A stretch of 55,556 nt of DNA from a virus (taxonomy: Duplodnaviria; Heunggongvirae; Uroviricota; Caudoviricetes): the IMG/VR virus record IMGVR_UViG_3300023710_000192; one strand, written 5' to 3'. The notes beneath the pieces were generated by a model. The model had not been told where the DNA came from and did no database searches. It saw only the letters and a program-made list of their open reading frames with translations. The position numbers were made by a program, and so were the translations under genes. Below, in pieces: positions 30,314-40,725 of this stretch; within the stretch, counting starts at the first letter, position 1, and each line of letters opens with the position of its first letter.

Positions 30314-30541
30314 CTACCTACGATTTATCCAGTCTTTATAAGCAATTTGTGTTTCACTTCTTTTGAATACAAACACAACAATAGAATCACCCGTTTTTAC
30401 ATCTTTTGATGGATATATATGAACAGGTGTTATACCGTAACCATCCCAGTAAAAAGCTGCTTGCTTTGGATTGATAATAACAATATTATCTTCCATATCA
30501 ATGTCTTTACCGGTTAAGTATGATTTTATTTTATCTGACAT
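30314..30541 (-). CDS. Small hypothetical protein (75 aa)
   Basis: Start moved to ATG 30541 behind SD AGGAGG. The longer track ORF overlaps the upstream gene. Confidence 0.65.
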   Translation of the reverse strand: MSDKIKSYLTGKDIDMEDNIVIINPKQAAFYWDGYGITPVHIYPSKDVKTGDSIVVFVFKRSETQIAYKDWINRR

Positions 30542-30602
30542 AATCCTTTTTCCTCCTAGAGCAAAAAAAGGGAATAACTCGTGTCGAGCTATTCCCTTAA
30601 AA

Positions 30603-31010
30603 TCACTCAACATCTTTATTTCTATTTCTAAGTCTTCTCTTTGGCTTGGGAGCATCTTTAATTTCGATGTCGTCTTCAGCCGTTTCAACAACTGGAATAT
30701 CCAATGTTGATACTACTTTATCTTCGAGTTTTTCTTCGACAACGACAGGAACAGATGCACGAATATCAGCCAAGTCTTTCTTAATGCCCTTAGCAAACTT
30801 ATCCTCTTTAGACAAGTCACACTTATCTAAACGATTAAGAGCTTCTTTGGCATCAATATGTTTAAAAACGAATGCACTACATACATCGAATATCTTTTTA
30901 CAATTTTCTGTATCATAGATAGCTTTCCATGAAGGTGCATCACTATTATTGCAATGTGGACAAAATTGATACTTTGTTCCACATACTACGCATTCTCTAT
31001 TTTGTGCCAT
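30603..31010 (-). CDS. Hypothetical protein with N-terminal Zn-finger (CVVC...CPHC)
   Basis: SD AAGGA; two CxxC pairs. Confidence 0.65.
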   Translation of the reverse strand: MAQNRECVVCGTKYQFCPHCNNSDAPSWKAIYDTENCKKIFDVCSAFVFKHIDAKEALNRLDKCDLSKEDKFAKGIKKDLADIRASVPVVVEEKLEDKVVSTLDIPVVETAEDDIEIKDAPKPKRRLRNRNKDVE

Positions 31011-31022
31011 AATTATTCCTTT

Positions 31023-31050
31023 CTAAAAAGGCGGTTATTAAACCGCCTTA
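31023..31050 (-). terminator. Terminator after the major tail gene
   Basis: AAGGCGGT/ACCGCCTT stem plus T run. Confidence 0.7.
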
Positions 31051-31062
31051 ATGTTGTCAAAA

Positions 31063-31887
31063 TTACTCTCCGTCTTCGTCTGTAGCTGTACCAGTTACAA
31101 CAACGTTGTTGTCTGGATAGTAAATAACGTAAAGCAACTTCTGTGAACCACAGTAATCCAACTGAAGTGTACCATTGAACTCCATCTCCTGATTCTCTGA
31201 ATCGAAGTTAAGAGTCATAGATGGATCTGGCATGAAACTTGGAATATAAATGTAAGCAGCCTTAAGTGTATCTGAACAAGGATCCACATAAGAAGCCTTA
31301 ATTCTCAATCTCTGAGCATTAGGGAACTTGTCTGCCTCATTAACAAGCTTAATACCAGCAGTAATACTTCTTGTATACTGAACAACATAGTTAACAGGGA
31401 GGTCTGTACCGCCTGCTGGAACTGTAACTGTCTTCTCTGTAGAGTCATAAGCATATGTCTCACCAGCTACTGCAGTAGTACCTGCAGCTAAAACAGCACC
31501 ATTAGCGCCATTACTATAAATACCAATTACCTGAATAGATCCAGCATCAGCATCGCTAACATCAAGCGTTCCACCTGCAGCAACAACCTCAATTCTAGGC
31601 ACTCCAGTAATTGGTGTAGTTGTAGAAGCTACTGTAATATCAGAACCTGAACCAGCATTCATTAATGCTGGGTGAAGGAAAGCAGAAGTTGAGTTAAACT
31701 CACCATTCTTTGTTCTATAAATACGTCTTACGACATTACCTTTCTTATCTGTGATGTCAATTGAATCGGCTGTGACTGCGATAGAAGCGTTTTTGAACTG
31801 GTCAGCAGTATACAAAAGCTGATCGTTGAAGTTAGTAGACGTCAACTGTAAAATCTCATCAAAACTATGATTTCCTAAAGTAAACAT
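31063..31887 (-). CDS. Major tail tube protein (putative)
   Basis: Highly expressed-type composition, own terminator, position after head-tail genes. Start adjusted to ATG 31887 (SD AAGGAG). Confidence 0.65.
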   Translation of the reverse strand: MFTLGNHSFDEILQLTSTNFNDQLLYTADQFKNASIAVTADSIDITDKKGNVVRRIYRTKNGEFNSTSAFLHPALMNAGSGSDITVASTTTPITGVPRIEVVAAGGTLDVSDADAGSIQVIGIYSNGANGAVLAAGTTAVAGETYAYDSTEKTVTVPAGGTDLPVNYVVQYTRSITAGIKLVNEADKFPNAQRLRIKASYVDPCSDTLKAAYIYIPSFMPDPSMTLNFDSENQEMEFNGTLQLDYCGSQKLLYVIYYPDNNVVVTGTATDEDGE

Positions 31888-31933
31888 GTAAATTATCTCC
31901 TTTCGATATAATAAAAAAAACACCCAATGGGTG

Positions 31934-32704
31934 TTAAATTGGTTTCATGAAGTTGTATTGTTCAGGCTTTATTTTTTTACCATCAACCATACCAGAGTAT
32001 AATCCTTTCATAACGGCAGTAGCAGATTCATAAACTTGTAATCTGTTAACGCTATCATAAAACTCACATACTCCAACTTCTTTTAGTTCTTTTAATTTAT
32101 ATTTAAACCCCGGATGATTAACACATGCAGAGATAATAGGTCTTATAGAAGAACGGTCATTTTTGGCTTGGTCATTATTGGCAATGGCCCTATCTTTTTC
32201 AATATACCAATCCTTAAGAGTATTATCTAGTGTTATTTTTTCTTCGGGTTCGGCTGCAAAAACAGCACGTAAATATTGCGAAATGTGAAAATATACTTCC
32301 TCATTTATTTCTATTTTGTTTTCAAAGTCATAGAGTACCGGACGTTTATCATCTTCTGAATACTCTCTGATATATAATTTGAAATTTGAAAAATTAATAT
32401 CAGGAAACATTATTTCGGTGACAACAGGATCTGCCGAACCTATTAACATACAGAATAAATTAAAATCAGAAATTACGTTCCAGTCGTAACCATTTTCCCA
32501 TAGAAATAATCTATACTGAGTAGTATTAGTTATGAAAATATTCAGAGTTGAATAAAACCTCTTTTCTCCTATATCTAAAATTTGACCTATTGTTGGTTGA
32601 TGAATAGTTATACTTCCATCGGCATTATCTAAGTCTATTACGTAAGGTTCTCCAAAATATAGTTGAAGTTCATCAAACTCTATTTTAGGATTTCTTGATT
32701 TCAA
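31934..32704 (-). CDS. Conserved tail-region hypothetical protein (256 aa)
   Basis: TTG start overlapping the upstream TGA. Long co-oriented ORF. Confidence 0.55.
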   Translation of the reverse strand: MKSRNPKIEFDELQLYFGEPYVIDLDNADGSITIHQPTIGQILDIGEKRFYSTLNIFITNTTQYRLFLWENGYDWNVISDFNLFCMLIGSADPVVTEIMFPDINFSNFKLYIREYSEDDKRPVLYDFENKIEINEEVYFHISQYLRAVFAAEPEEKITLDNTLKDWYIEKDRAIANNDQAKNDRSSIRPIISACVNHPGFKYKLKELKEVGVCEFYDSVNRLQVYESATAVMKGLYSGMVDGKKIKPEQYNFMKPI

Positions 32705-33273
32705 GTATGAATTTCCTTATTAATAAACTTGGAAACACCGTCAGAATTTTTAATAACATTATTATCTGTAATCTGCTGAAATATAATAGTTCTACAATTA
32801 TACTTGCTATCAACTACAGACTCTTCATCACTGATTACCATAATCTTACGACCAAAATAATTTGTGAAATTAAATTGGTGTTTTATTAAAGCACCTAATA
32901 AGTCATGTCTTGAAATACCTGCATCTTTCTCTTTAATATTTTTGTTCTCACAAAGTATATTAAAAGTGATATATAGATATTTAACAAGTTTATTGTCACG
33001 GTTAAGATTACGATACCCAACAGTAAAACAAATGAAATTATCACTCTTATATTGAGTAGGAGAGATGAGATAATACGGGAATATATTAACCCCTATATAC
33101 TCATCAGGTTCGGAATTTAACTCTTCTAATTCTTTGTTATTTAATACATGAATAATATCTTTATTTTTTATTAACAATTCAGATATTTTTTCTTTTATTT
33201 TAATATTGTCGTCCTCGACAACATATTTATATTGTTTGAGGCGGTCACGGTCTTCACTAGTCCATTTTTCCAT
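32701..33273 (-). CDS. Tail completion/terminator-like protein
   Basis: SD AGGAGGT. Function inferred from position between head-tail and tail genes. Confidence 0.5.
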   Translation of the reverse strand: MEKWTSEDRDRLKQYKYVVEDDNIKIKEKISELLIKNKDIIHVLNNKELEELNSEPDEYIGVNIFPYYLISPTQYKSDNFICFTVGYRNLNRDNKLVKYLYITFNILCENKNIKEKDAGISRHDLLGALIKHQFNFTNYFGRKIMVISDEESVVDSKYNCRTIIFQQITDNNVIKNSDGVSKFINKEIHT

Positions 33274-33288
33274 TAAACACACCTCCTA

Positions 33289-33929
33289 TTATAGACTCAC
33301 AATTTCAAACTTAAGTTCTGCAACAATACTATCCTTAGTATTACGAATTATAAGTATCTTACCAAGATAATCCTCGTCTCCAAGGAATTTGATTTTGATC
33401 TTGTTTTCGTCATCAGTTGTTAATGTCTGAATTAATTCTCCTACATTAACATCATCAATCCAATACGACCATTCTCCCGGCATTTGATTTGTAATTATTT
33501 CGTCGGAATTATAGTATGTAATAGTTATTGTTTTATAAGAACCATTTACTTTGAGTTGCGGCTTTGCACCTGAATAGGTTATTATTGCATAGTCCTCGGC
33601 TTCTGCCGGATTAATTGGTTCGTCTTGTTGAACATTACCTTCTTTCTTAAGGTCTGCCCATGCAGCAATCCAATTACCATCTTTATCAACTTCAATTACA
33701 TCAGTGTCAGGATTAAACAAATCTTGCACACATGTATAGTGTATAACTCCTAATGGATTTATACCTTCAACCTTACTGATTTTCCATGTAATTGGAACAA
33801 CTAAAGGTGGCGATATAATTAGTCGTTGATTATAGTATACTGTTTTAGAAATATCGTTGTACGGAAGAATAAACTTACGTTGATTCTCTATACTGGATAT
33901 TTTGTAATCCGTCCAAATTCCAGAATTAT
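33289..33929 (-). CDS. Head-tail joining/structural protein, exon 2 (spliced product 393 aa)
   Basis: Frame is open from 33929 (AT AAT TCT GGA ATT TGG...) and runs through the track ORF 33289-33729. The splice gives ...GRSQNS-Y-NSGIWTDYK... Confidence 0.8.
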
Positions 33930-35210
33930 CAAATATGTTACTTTATCAGTTCGTTAAGCTGATAAAGAATTATTTATATTATAGTAATTACAATAACATT
34001 TATATTTTCTTTGTAAAAACAGGTTAGCATCTTTATATATCCAGTCTAAAAAAGTTTTAACAACATTTCTTCCACTTAATGTAAATACTTTTGTGACTCC
34101 GTTATGACACGAAGCATCATAAATACTAGCATTTATATTAAGTGTATTTTTACAAGTATCCTTTAATTCATTACAAAAGTCTTCGGTGGCAGTGATAGTA
34201 ATATTTATATGGGTATTATTTTCATTTATATAATAATTAGAAATACTACCATCTCCATCAAAAACACCACGTACATAATGTGATATTAAATCTTTATCTA
34301 ACCAAGTAGGAAAACCTATTGTAAGACTCTTATTAGGTATAATTCCTTTGTCATTGAGTTGATTACACATGTGAGTACTAAACATTAATAAACGATATTG
34401 ATTTTTATATGTATACCCAAAATCATGTTTGTTTGAATAATCAATGAATTCCAAAGGTTTTTCACTCCCAATTTCTAGTCTCATTTTTTCAAGTATGTCT
34501 TTATCATCTTCTTGTAATGAAATAGAAATTGTTGCTTTATCTAAATTATTACATCCATCGGAATGTAAAAAACCCAAAATATAGGCTTTATTAGGAGTGT
34601 CAATAATATCAAAATAATGCTCATTTAATTTATATTTCCTAACAAAACGTTTTTGATCTACTTCGACTTCCATTTTGTGTAAAGCTTTTAATATTATTTT
34701 ATGACTACAACCATATTTTTTCCCAATTTTTACCGATGATTCTCCGTTAAGATATGAATATTTAATATCAATTAACTGTTCTTGTGAAAATATTATTTTG
34801 TTATATACTTCTTTACCATTTTTATACATTGTTATTTCCTCCTAAAATAAGCAATAAAAAAGACCATAATCGTTATATAGGAGGTATAACGAAACGGGAG
34901 CTACCCGCTGTCTGGTCTGTTTATTAATATAATATAAATAATTTTTCTCTACCTTTCAGTAGAAGTTCAGAGTACATCAACACCATATCCATAAAGACTT
35001 AGGTGGTTCCCGTTAAGGTCACTTGACCGTATACTCGTTGAACACATTCCTATTCGGAACTTCGCTGCGTCGATTATCCAATCCAATAACTTTTTAAAGC
35101 ATTCACGTTTGAGTTTGTTTCATCTCTACGTTGTAGCATATTGGCTCTAAGGAATTTCCCGCAATTAGAGAACTTTCGACATATGGTTTCCCATATGAAG
35201 CGCATAATCT
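33930..35210 (-). ncRNA. Group I intron (1281 nt) with LAGLIDADG homing endonuclease
   Basis: AAUUGCGGGAA (35156-66), UUCAACGAGUA, P7 GAGUA (35032-36) / UACUC (34970-74), GAAA-capped P9. 5' site after U35211; P10 GAUUAU/AUAAUU; terminal G at 33930. Confidence 0.88.
33954..34829 (-). CDS. LAGLIDADG homing endonuclease (two motifs)
   Basis: AYILGFLHSDG and YVRGVFDGDGSI; SD AGGAGG. Confidence 0.9.
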   Translation of the reverse strand: MYKNGKEVYNKIIFSQEQLIDIKYSYLNGESSVKIGKKYGCSHKIILKALHKMEVEVDQKRFVRKYKLNEHYFDIIDTPNKAYILGFLHSDGCNNLDKATISISLQEDDKDILEKMRLEIGSEKPLEFIDYSNKHDFGYTYKNQYRLLMFSTHMCNQLNDKGIIPNKSLTIGFPTWLDKDLISHYVRGVFDGDGSISNYYINENNTHINITITATEDFCNELKDTCKNTLNINASIYDASCHNGVTKVFTLSGRNVVKTFLDWIYKDANLFLQRKYKCYCNYYNINNSLSA

Positions 35211-35751
35211 ACGAATTCTGGCTTCTTCCAACACCCCAACAATGATATTTCTTACCGTTATATATCCATTTAAAGTCGTAATCACAGAATAATATTGACC
35301 AATTCGGGAAATCTCCGTTGTCGGTATTAGCACCAGCAACAATCATCCACCTACGATAGATACCCTTTTCATCTGGCAAATCGAGATAAAGACCAATCGG
35401 GAATTCACTCCCACACTTCTTTTCAAAAAGTTCATTGTAGTATGGTACATTACACCTATAGCTTGGTTTAAACATTATTCTGTAATCTACATTATCTTTA
35501 TCCAAAGTTTGATATGTATTGATTATAAACTTTACATCAACCGGTATCTTAGTTTTAGACTTTTCTGGGTTAAGACCAATATTCTTATCTGGTTCATCAT
35601 CATATTCATAAGAGTAGAGATAACCAACATAAGATGTCGGATCGTCATACCATGTATATTCAACAATATCTTGTGATTCATGAGTATGAACTTTACCGAC
35701 AGTATTACCCTTACTAAGCATTAGTTTTTGATAATCTGAAAAACTAGGCAT
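35211..35751 (-). CDS. Head-tail joining/structural protein, exon 1
   Basis: ORF ends at a TAG whose T is the last exon base (541 nt, phase 1), matching the phase of exon 2. Confidence 0.8.
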
Positions 35752-35754
35752 ATA

Positions 35755-36090
35755 TTACACCTCGCTTTCTGGTATACTTAAAACCTTTGCTCCTGCATCT
35801 AAGATAAATTTGCGATATGTCGCAAAATCAAACTCGGTTTGTATTAATTTTAAGGCTTCTTCTAACAAACAAAGCACAGTAACAATTTGTTGTGGTTTAC
35901 CTAATAACTCATTAAAACCTGAGATCTTATACATTAAACCTACATGCGCTTCGTATAAATCCACTTCTGGAAATCTTGTTTTGGTTTCTAAATCTTCTGC
36001 AACAAGAAGTAAGAAAAATATTCTCTTGCGAATCAATTCTTTTGTTTCTGAAATTTGTTTTGCGTCAAATGAACCATATTTATGCTTCAC
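35755..36090 (-). CDS. Hypothetical head-tail region protein (111 aa)
   Basis: Co-oriented, overlapping start/stop with its neighbour. Confidence 0.55.
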   Translation of the reverse strand: MKHKYGSFDAKQISETKELIRKRIFFLLLVAEDLETKTRFPEVDLYEAHVGLMYKISGFNELLGKPQQIVTVLCLLEEALKLIQTEFDFATYRKFILDAGAKVLSIPESEV

Positions 36091-36557
36091 GATGAAACGT
36101 TTCCTAAATATGAGTTATATATGAATCCATGATCGGTCAACATTCTAGTAACTTCATTTTTTGAGTCAGCAAGTAAAGCCTGCATTTGAGAAAGCTGAGC
36201 CTGCTGCGAGTAGAATTTACTTTCCTTAGAATTTACAACCATCTGATTCAAAAGAGTAGTGGTTTTAACACGGGGTTGTAGCCATTCCACTATGATTTGA
36301 GTCGCTAACAATTCTTCAACAAAATCCTTATCCGCTTCTTCGTCTGAAGTAGGAGAGGTCATATCATACGACATTTGACCAATTTCCTCATCACATACGA
36401 GATTTGTCATTATTCTTCTTACTTGAGGCTTACTGAGCGATGAACGAAGCCACTCTTGCATCATCTCATTAGCATTAGCCTCAGTTAAATTTGCAAATTC
36501 GTAGTCACGAATTTTAATTAGAAACCTAGAAAATATATCCTGATAATTAGAGGTCAT
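36087..36557 (-). CDS. Head-tail adaptor/connector-like protein
   Basis: Position two genes after capsid; helical; SD AGGAGG. Confidence 0.55.
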   Translation of the reverse strand: MTSNYQDIFSRFLIKIRDYEFANLTEANANEMMQEWLRSSLSKPQVRRIMTNLVCDEEIGQMSYDMTSPTSDEEADKDFVEELLATQIIVEWLQPRVKTTTLLNQMVVNSKESKFYSQQAQLSQMQALLADSKNEVTRMLTDHGFIYNSYLGNVSS

Positions 36558-36568
36558 GGTACGCCTCC

Positions 36569-37132
36569 TTAATCTTCAGAAAGAAATTCACCCAAGAAAT
36601 TAAGGTCTGTGCCAAAAGCTATATCCAAAGATTTAATTTTACGAACCGAATCAATTTCTCCACTCATTACACGCTCTGCTGCAATAGATCTAAGAGCTTC
36701 AAAAGCACCTTTTGGAAGGTTCTTTATTTTCTCAATCATTTCTGTGTTATCAAGTTCTAATATATCTGTTATATTTCTAACAGAGTATTCGTTATCGTAA
36801 AACTTTTTTACGTTTGGAAACTCGCCTAAGAAATCATCATTAATAACAACAAAACGAGGTGAGAATACAGAAACATCTTTAGTTCTTACCAAAGCAACTA
36901 AATCTCTATACTCAATTTCAGTTTCATCGCCAAAATGGGAAAAGTTATAAATCATCTTTGTCTTCGGGCCTTCAACATTTAATCTGCCTTGAACAAGAGA
37001 TTTGCACATAATTCCATCATTCTGCTCAAAAACTTTCTTTTTAGGTTCAATCTTTTCTTCAATATTTTTATTTTCAACAACCACATTATTTGAAGTACTC
37101 GTGGTTTGTTTTTCCATTTTTCTTTGTGCCAT
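36569..37132 (-). CDS. Hypothetical protein following the capsid gene
   Basis: Start adjusted to ATG 37132 behind SD AAGGAG. Confidence 0.6.
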   Translation of the reverse strand: MAQRKMEKQTTSTSNNVVVENKNIEEKIEPKKKVFEQNDGIMCKSLVQGRLNVEGPKTKMIYNFSHFGDETEIEYRDLVALVRTKDVSVFSPRFVVINDDFLGEFPNVKKFYDNEYSVRNITDILELDNTEMIEKIKNLPKGAFEALRSIAAERVMSGEIDSVRKIKSLDIAFGTDLNFLGEFLSED

Positions 37133-37186
37133 TTTTAATCTCCTTTTCTTCATATTAAGGCGGGGTACTTCCCCGCCCATTAATTA

Positions 37187-38284
37187 TTATATTGTCCACT
37201 CACCAAAGTAACGTCCAAGAACACAACCTACACCAAGATTTCTCTGTGCTTCGTATGTCTGAAGATCGCTTGTGTATGCACCCTTCTCGGTAACTTCGAG
37301 AATTTCTGTATCACCCTGATCAACAACCTTAATAAACTTACCAGCGTCACCAATTACAGGCATGATAAGTAACTGATTTACAGGGAATGTGTAATCAGAC
37401 ATAGCCTTATCCTTGAATCTTGTAGGAATAGTAACAAGTCTTGTACCCTCGTAAATACCAATGTTGCCAGTATTCATTACAGAATTCTTCTGATCAACGG
37501 CTGCCCACTGTACGTCAGCGATTGCACTAATCTTAGAAAGTGCAGCTTTAGTACCCATGATAACTACATCAGAACCATTGTAAGCAGCAACATCCTGAAT
37601 AATATCATCAAGGTCAGCCTTTACTAGAGTACCATTACCCTTGAATCTTGCTGGAAGCTTGTTGATTGCAACACCAACCTCTGCGTATACCTGATTCTGA
37701 ATCTCGTTTGCGTATGCCTTTGTAATAGCCTCAATAAGCTTATTCCAATCAACATCACCAACAATATACTTATTGATGTCAGCACCAACCTTAACTACAT
37801 AACGCTCAGTAGGAATAGTGATCTTCTCACCAGCTCTGAGACGCTGTAAAATGTGATCGTGATGTGAAGTTCCAGCCTTAGCTACTGAAAGAATAGTATC
37901 CTGATCCTCAATGTCAAAATCCTGTCTGTCATCGAGACCAATTGTTTTATACTCAACTAACTCGTTGAACCAATCGGACTCCTTGAGACCAACGGGAACA
38001 GAAACGTCGATTGTATCCTCTATAATATCAAACCACTCACGGCTGTTATCACGAATTGCTCTACGTACAGCTTTTCTATCAGAAGTATCTGTGATACCCA
38101 TAACCTTACGAGAGAACTCAAGAATCTTAGCATTAGCCTCTGCCTTTGAGATTATCTTATCTTCCTCGGCATCGTATAATTCCTTACCCAATGCCAAATC
38201 CTGCATGAGATTATTCATTGACTCATAATCAGTCTTCATCTCAGCAAATACACTATTAACATGATTAGAAAATGTCTTTCTCAT
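37187..38284 (-). CDS. Major capsid protein (putative)
   Basis: 365 aa, strong codon bias (many -AG/-C endings, as in other high-copy virion genes), canonical position portal-protease-decoration-capsid. Confidence 0.75.
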   Translation of the reverse strand: MRKTFSNHVNSVFAEMKTDYESMNNLMQDLALGKELYDAEEDKIISKAEANAKILEFSRKVMGITDTSDRKAVRRAIRDNSREWFDIIEDTIDVSVPVGLKESDWFNELVEYKTIGLDDRQDFDIEDQDTILSVAKAGTSHHDHILQRLRAGEKITIPTERYVVKVGADINKYIVGDVDWNKLIEAITKAYANEIQNQVYAEVGVAINKLPARFKGNGTLVKADLDDIIQDVAAYNGSDVVIMGTKAALSKISAIADVQWAAVDQKNSVMNTGNIGIYEGTRLVTIPTRFKDKAMSDYTFPVNQLLIMPVIGDAGKFIKVVDQGDTEILEVTEKGAYTSDLQTYEAQRNLGVGCVLGRYFGEWTI

Positions 38285-38308
38285 TATTTGTCTTCTCCTT
38301 TCGTAAAA

Positions 38309-38782
38309 TTACTGTACAATATACTTACCAGCAGAATACTTAACTGTCTTACCTGCTTGTGCTGTACCTGTGAAAGCATCATCACTAAGAGATATAACAT
38401 CTCCAAGATGAAGCTCCATACCCTGAGTTACATCGCCCTTAGCATTGTAGAAAAGTGCTTCGTCACGAAGTTCCTTCTCTGGATAAGGACTAATAGGAGA
38501 GTTGTATACAAGGAAATACTGTCCATCGAGCTTTGTAAACTCAACATACCAGCCACCCTCAGCACTAGCCTCTCTAATTACTCCTTCTACTTTGTTATCT
38601 GCAACAGCAGCCATCTTGTACTGCTCAAATGATACATAGTCGCCCTTAGCTGCAAGCACACCATTATCCTGATTAGCCTGCATAACTAAATTAATTATGT
38701 GTCCATACTGTCCCATAGCAGAAGCTACAAACGATGGAAACATAACAATATGATCTGCTTTTTTATTTACGTCTATTGCCAT
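38309..38782 (-). CDS. Head decoration/cement-like protein
   Basis: 157 aa between scaffold and capsid; same codon bias as the capsid gene. Confidence 0.55.
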   Translation of the reverse strand: MAIDVNKKADHIVMFPSFVASAMGQYGHIINLVMQANQDNGVLAAKGDYVSFEQYKMAAVADNKVEGVIREASAEGGWYVEFTKLDGQYFLVYNSPISPYPEKELRDEALFYNAKGDVTQGMELHLGDVISLSDDAFTGTAQAGKTVKYSAGKYIVQ

Positions 38783-38810
38783 TTTTAAAATCTCCTTTCA
38801 ATTTTTGTAA

Positions 38811-38836
38811 AAAAAATAACGCCATATATATGGCGC
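38811..38836 (-). terminator. Terminator-like hairpin
   Basis: CGCCATAT/ATATGGCG followed by TTATTTTTTT on the minus strand. Confidence 0.55.
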
Positions 38837-38857
38837 ATTGATAAAATAAATTATTTA

Positions 38858-40651
38858 TTAATCTTCACTTCTTGAAAACGTTCCACCATAACGTGACTTA
38901 CCTTTACTTGCCTTAGTCTTGTTAATTGGGAGAACTTTCATTGGTGATGTTTTAGTAGAAAACTCTACCTTATTACCTTTAGCATATGCCAAAAGTAATT
39001 CATCAGCTTTAGTTTGAACATCTTCAACACTCATACTAAAATGATTTTCTTGTTTAGCAAGTTCCTTGAAAGCATCTAAATTAGAAATCTGAGCATAACA
39101 ATCAGATTCAAGAATTTCCATTTTCTGTGGTTCTGCCTCGTAAGATGCTAATTTAGACTGAATGAGAGAGTAGTTACTACGCATTTCATTAAGCGCAACA
39201 AGCTCTGAGTCGGTAAGATACTCTCTATTAAGATGAACACGTTCACCTTCGAACTTGATATTGTCGCCATCTTTACTATACTTCTGGTCGAAAATCTTAT
39301 CATCTGACCAACCTTCGTATACAAAATGATCATCATATACTGCAGTAATCCAATACCACTCATTATCTTCGACCTCATAAGGCTCAAGTAAAGCATAAAG
39401 ACCACTACGAATATCACTATGACTTAACTCAAATGTTTTAGTGAAGTTCTCATTAGTTTCTGGATTTTCCTCGCCATTTTCACCAGAGTTATTTTCTCCG
39501 GTTTCTTCGCCATTGTTTTCTCCATTAGTATTTTCAGTAGATTCTCCACTTGTATTTTCGCCACTTGGATTAGTATTTTCGCCAGAGTTGTCACTACCAG
39601 TATTAACTTCACCAGAATTATCATCGGTATTAACACTTGTGTTAGTATTAGTATCATCCTGACCTTGATTCTCTCCGGAAGAATCACCTTCTCCCTCAGA
39701 TACTACTGTTGAATCGTCATCATCAGAACTCTTCTTCTTTTTCTTTGTTTCAAAATGATCCTTAAACAAAGTTTCGAGTTCTTCATCAGAAAGTCCTTCA
39801 TGCTCAAACGTGATATCTGCTTCAGTTTTGTTATACTTCTTTAAAAGTTTCTCAAACACTGTAGTCGGTTCCTCCTTCCTTGTAGAATTATTTATATTGA
39901 AACTATCCAATTTATTATTCATTTCAGATAGCAATTCAATTATTTTTGAATTATCGGAAAATAAACTGTTATTTTTCTGACTAAAATCTGCTAATGTAAT
40001 ATTTGCTCCTTCCATACCGGGATATACTTTATTACCTTCTTCGTCAACGCCAAGAATTGTAACTCCGGAAAAGAAGAAATCTTCTATATTTAAAATATCT
40101 GTTTTTGCATTATATGAAAGTTCACGAATTTCAAGTTCTACTGATACGTCACATTTCTGTTCACGTCTCAATATCTCGGCAGCTTTTGTATAACCTTCAT
40201 AGATATATCCATCAACCACACAATACTTTTTATCATCATATTCTTCGAGTCTTGCATTGCATGATTCTGGCACCGTACCAATAGGTATTTCATCATAAAC
40301 CAATTCATTATTTTCATTTAAATGCATATTGTGACTATAAAATTGTGGTTCGCCATCAACTTCATGAATAAAACCAAGAATAGGTCTGTTTGAAAAACTC
40401 GGCATAGCCTTAATCATTACATCTTCAGCAATAGAAGAGTGGTTTACGTTTTCATCTATATGGCAGCTCATAAGAGTTACGGGCAATAATCCTTCAATGT
40501 CTTTATCATTATTTTCATCGAATCTTAATTGTCCGTTAACTTGAACGACTATATTTTGATTTGAATCTTTAGAACTAAAATGAGCAGTTTTGTTAGTTGA
40601 GGCAAAATAATTATGCAAATCATTAAGTGAAAGTAGCTTAACTTTTGCCAT
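38858..40651 (-). CDS. Prohead protease/scaffold protein (597 aa) with low-complexity linker
   Basis: N-terminal NRPILGFIH...VSVELEI...FFFSGVTILG domain, S/G/E/N-rich linker, helical C-terminus; follows portal. Confidence 0.7.
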   Translation of the reverse strand: MAKVKLLSLNDLHNYFASTNKTAHFSSKDSNQNIVVQVNGQLRFDENNDKDIEGLLPVTLMSCHIDENVNHSSIAEDVMIKAMPSFSNRPILGFIHEVDGEPQFYSHNMHLNENNELVYDEIPIGTVPESCNARLEEYDDKKYCVVDGYIYEGYTKAAEILRREQKCDVSVELEIRELSYNAKTDILNIEDFFFSGVTILGVDEEGNKVYPGMEGANITLADFSQKNNSLFSDNSKIIELLSEMNNKLDSFNINNSTRKEEPTTVFEKLLKKYNKTEADITFEHEGLSDEELETLFKDHFETKKKKKSSDDDDSTVVSEGEGDSSGENQGQDDTNTNTSVNTDDNSGEVNTGSDNSGENTNPSGENTSGESTENTNGENNGEETGENNSGENGEENPETNENFTKTFELSHSDIRSGLYALLEPYEVEDNEWYWITAVYDDHFVYEGWSDDKIFDQKYSKDGDNIKFEGERVHLNREYLTDSELVALNEMRSNYSLIQSKLASYEAEPQKMEILESDCYAQISNLDAFKELAKQENHFSMSVEDVQTKADELLLAYAKGNKVEFSTKTSPMKVLPINKTKASKGKSRYGGTFSRSED

Positions 40652-40725
40652 TTAATATTTTCCTCCTTTCTTCAATATTTAAAAACGAACACTGCTAAAT
40701 GCTCGCAAATTGAGATTCTCTCTCA

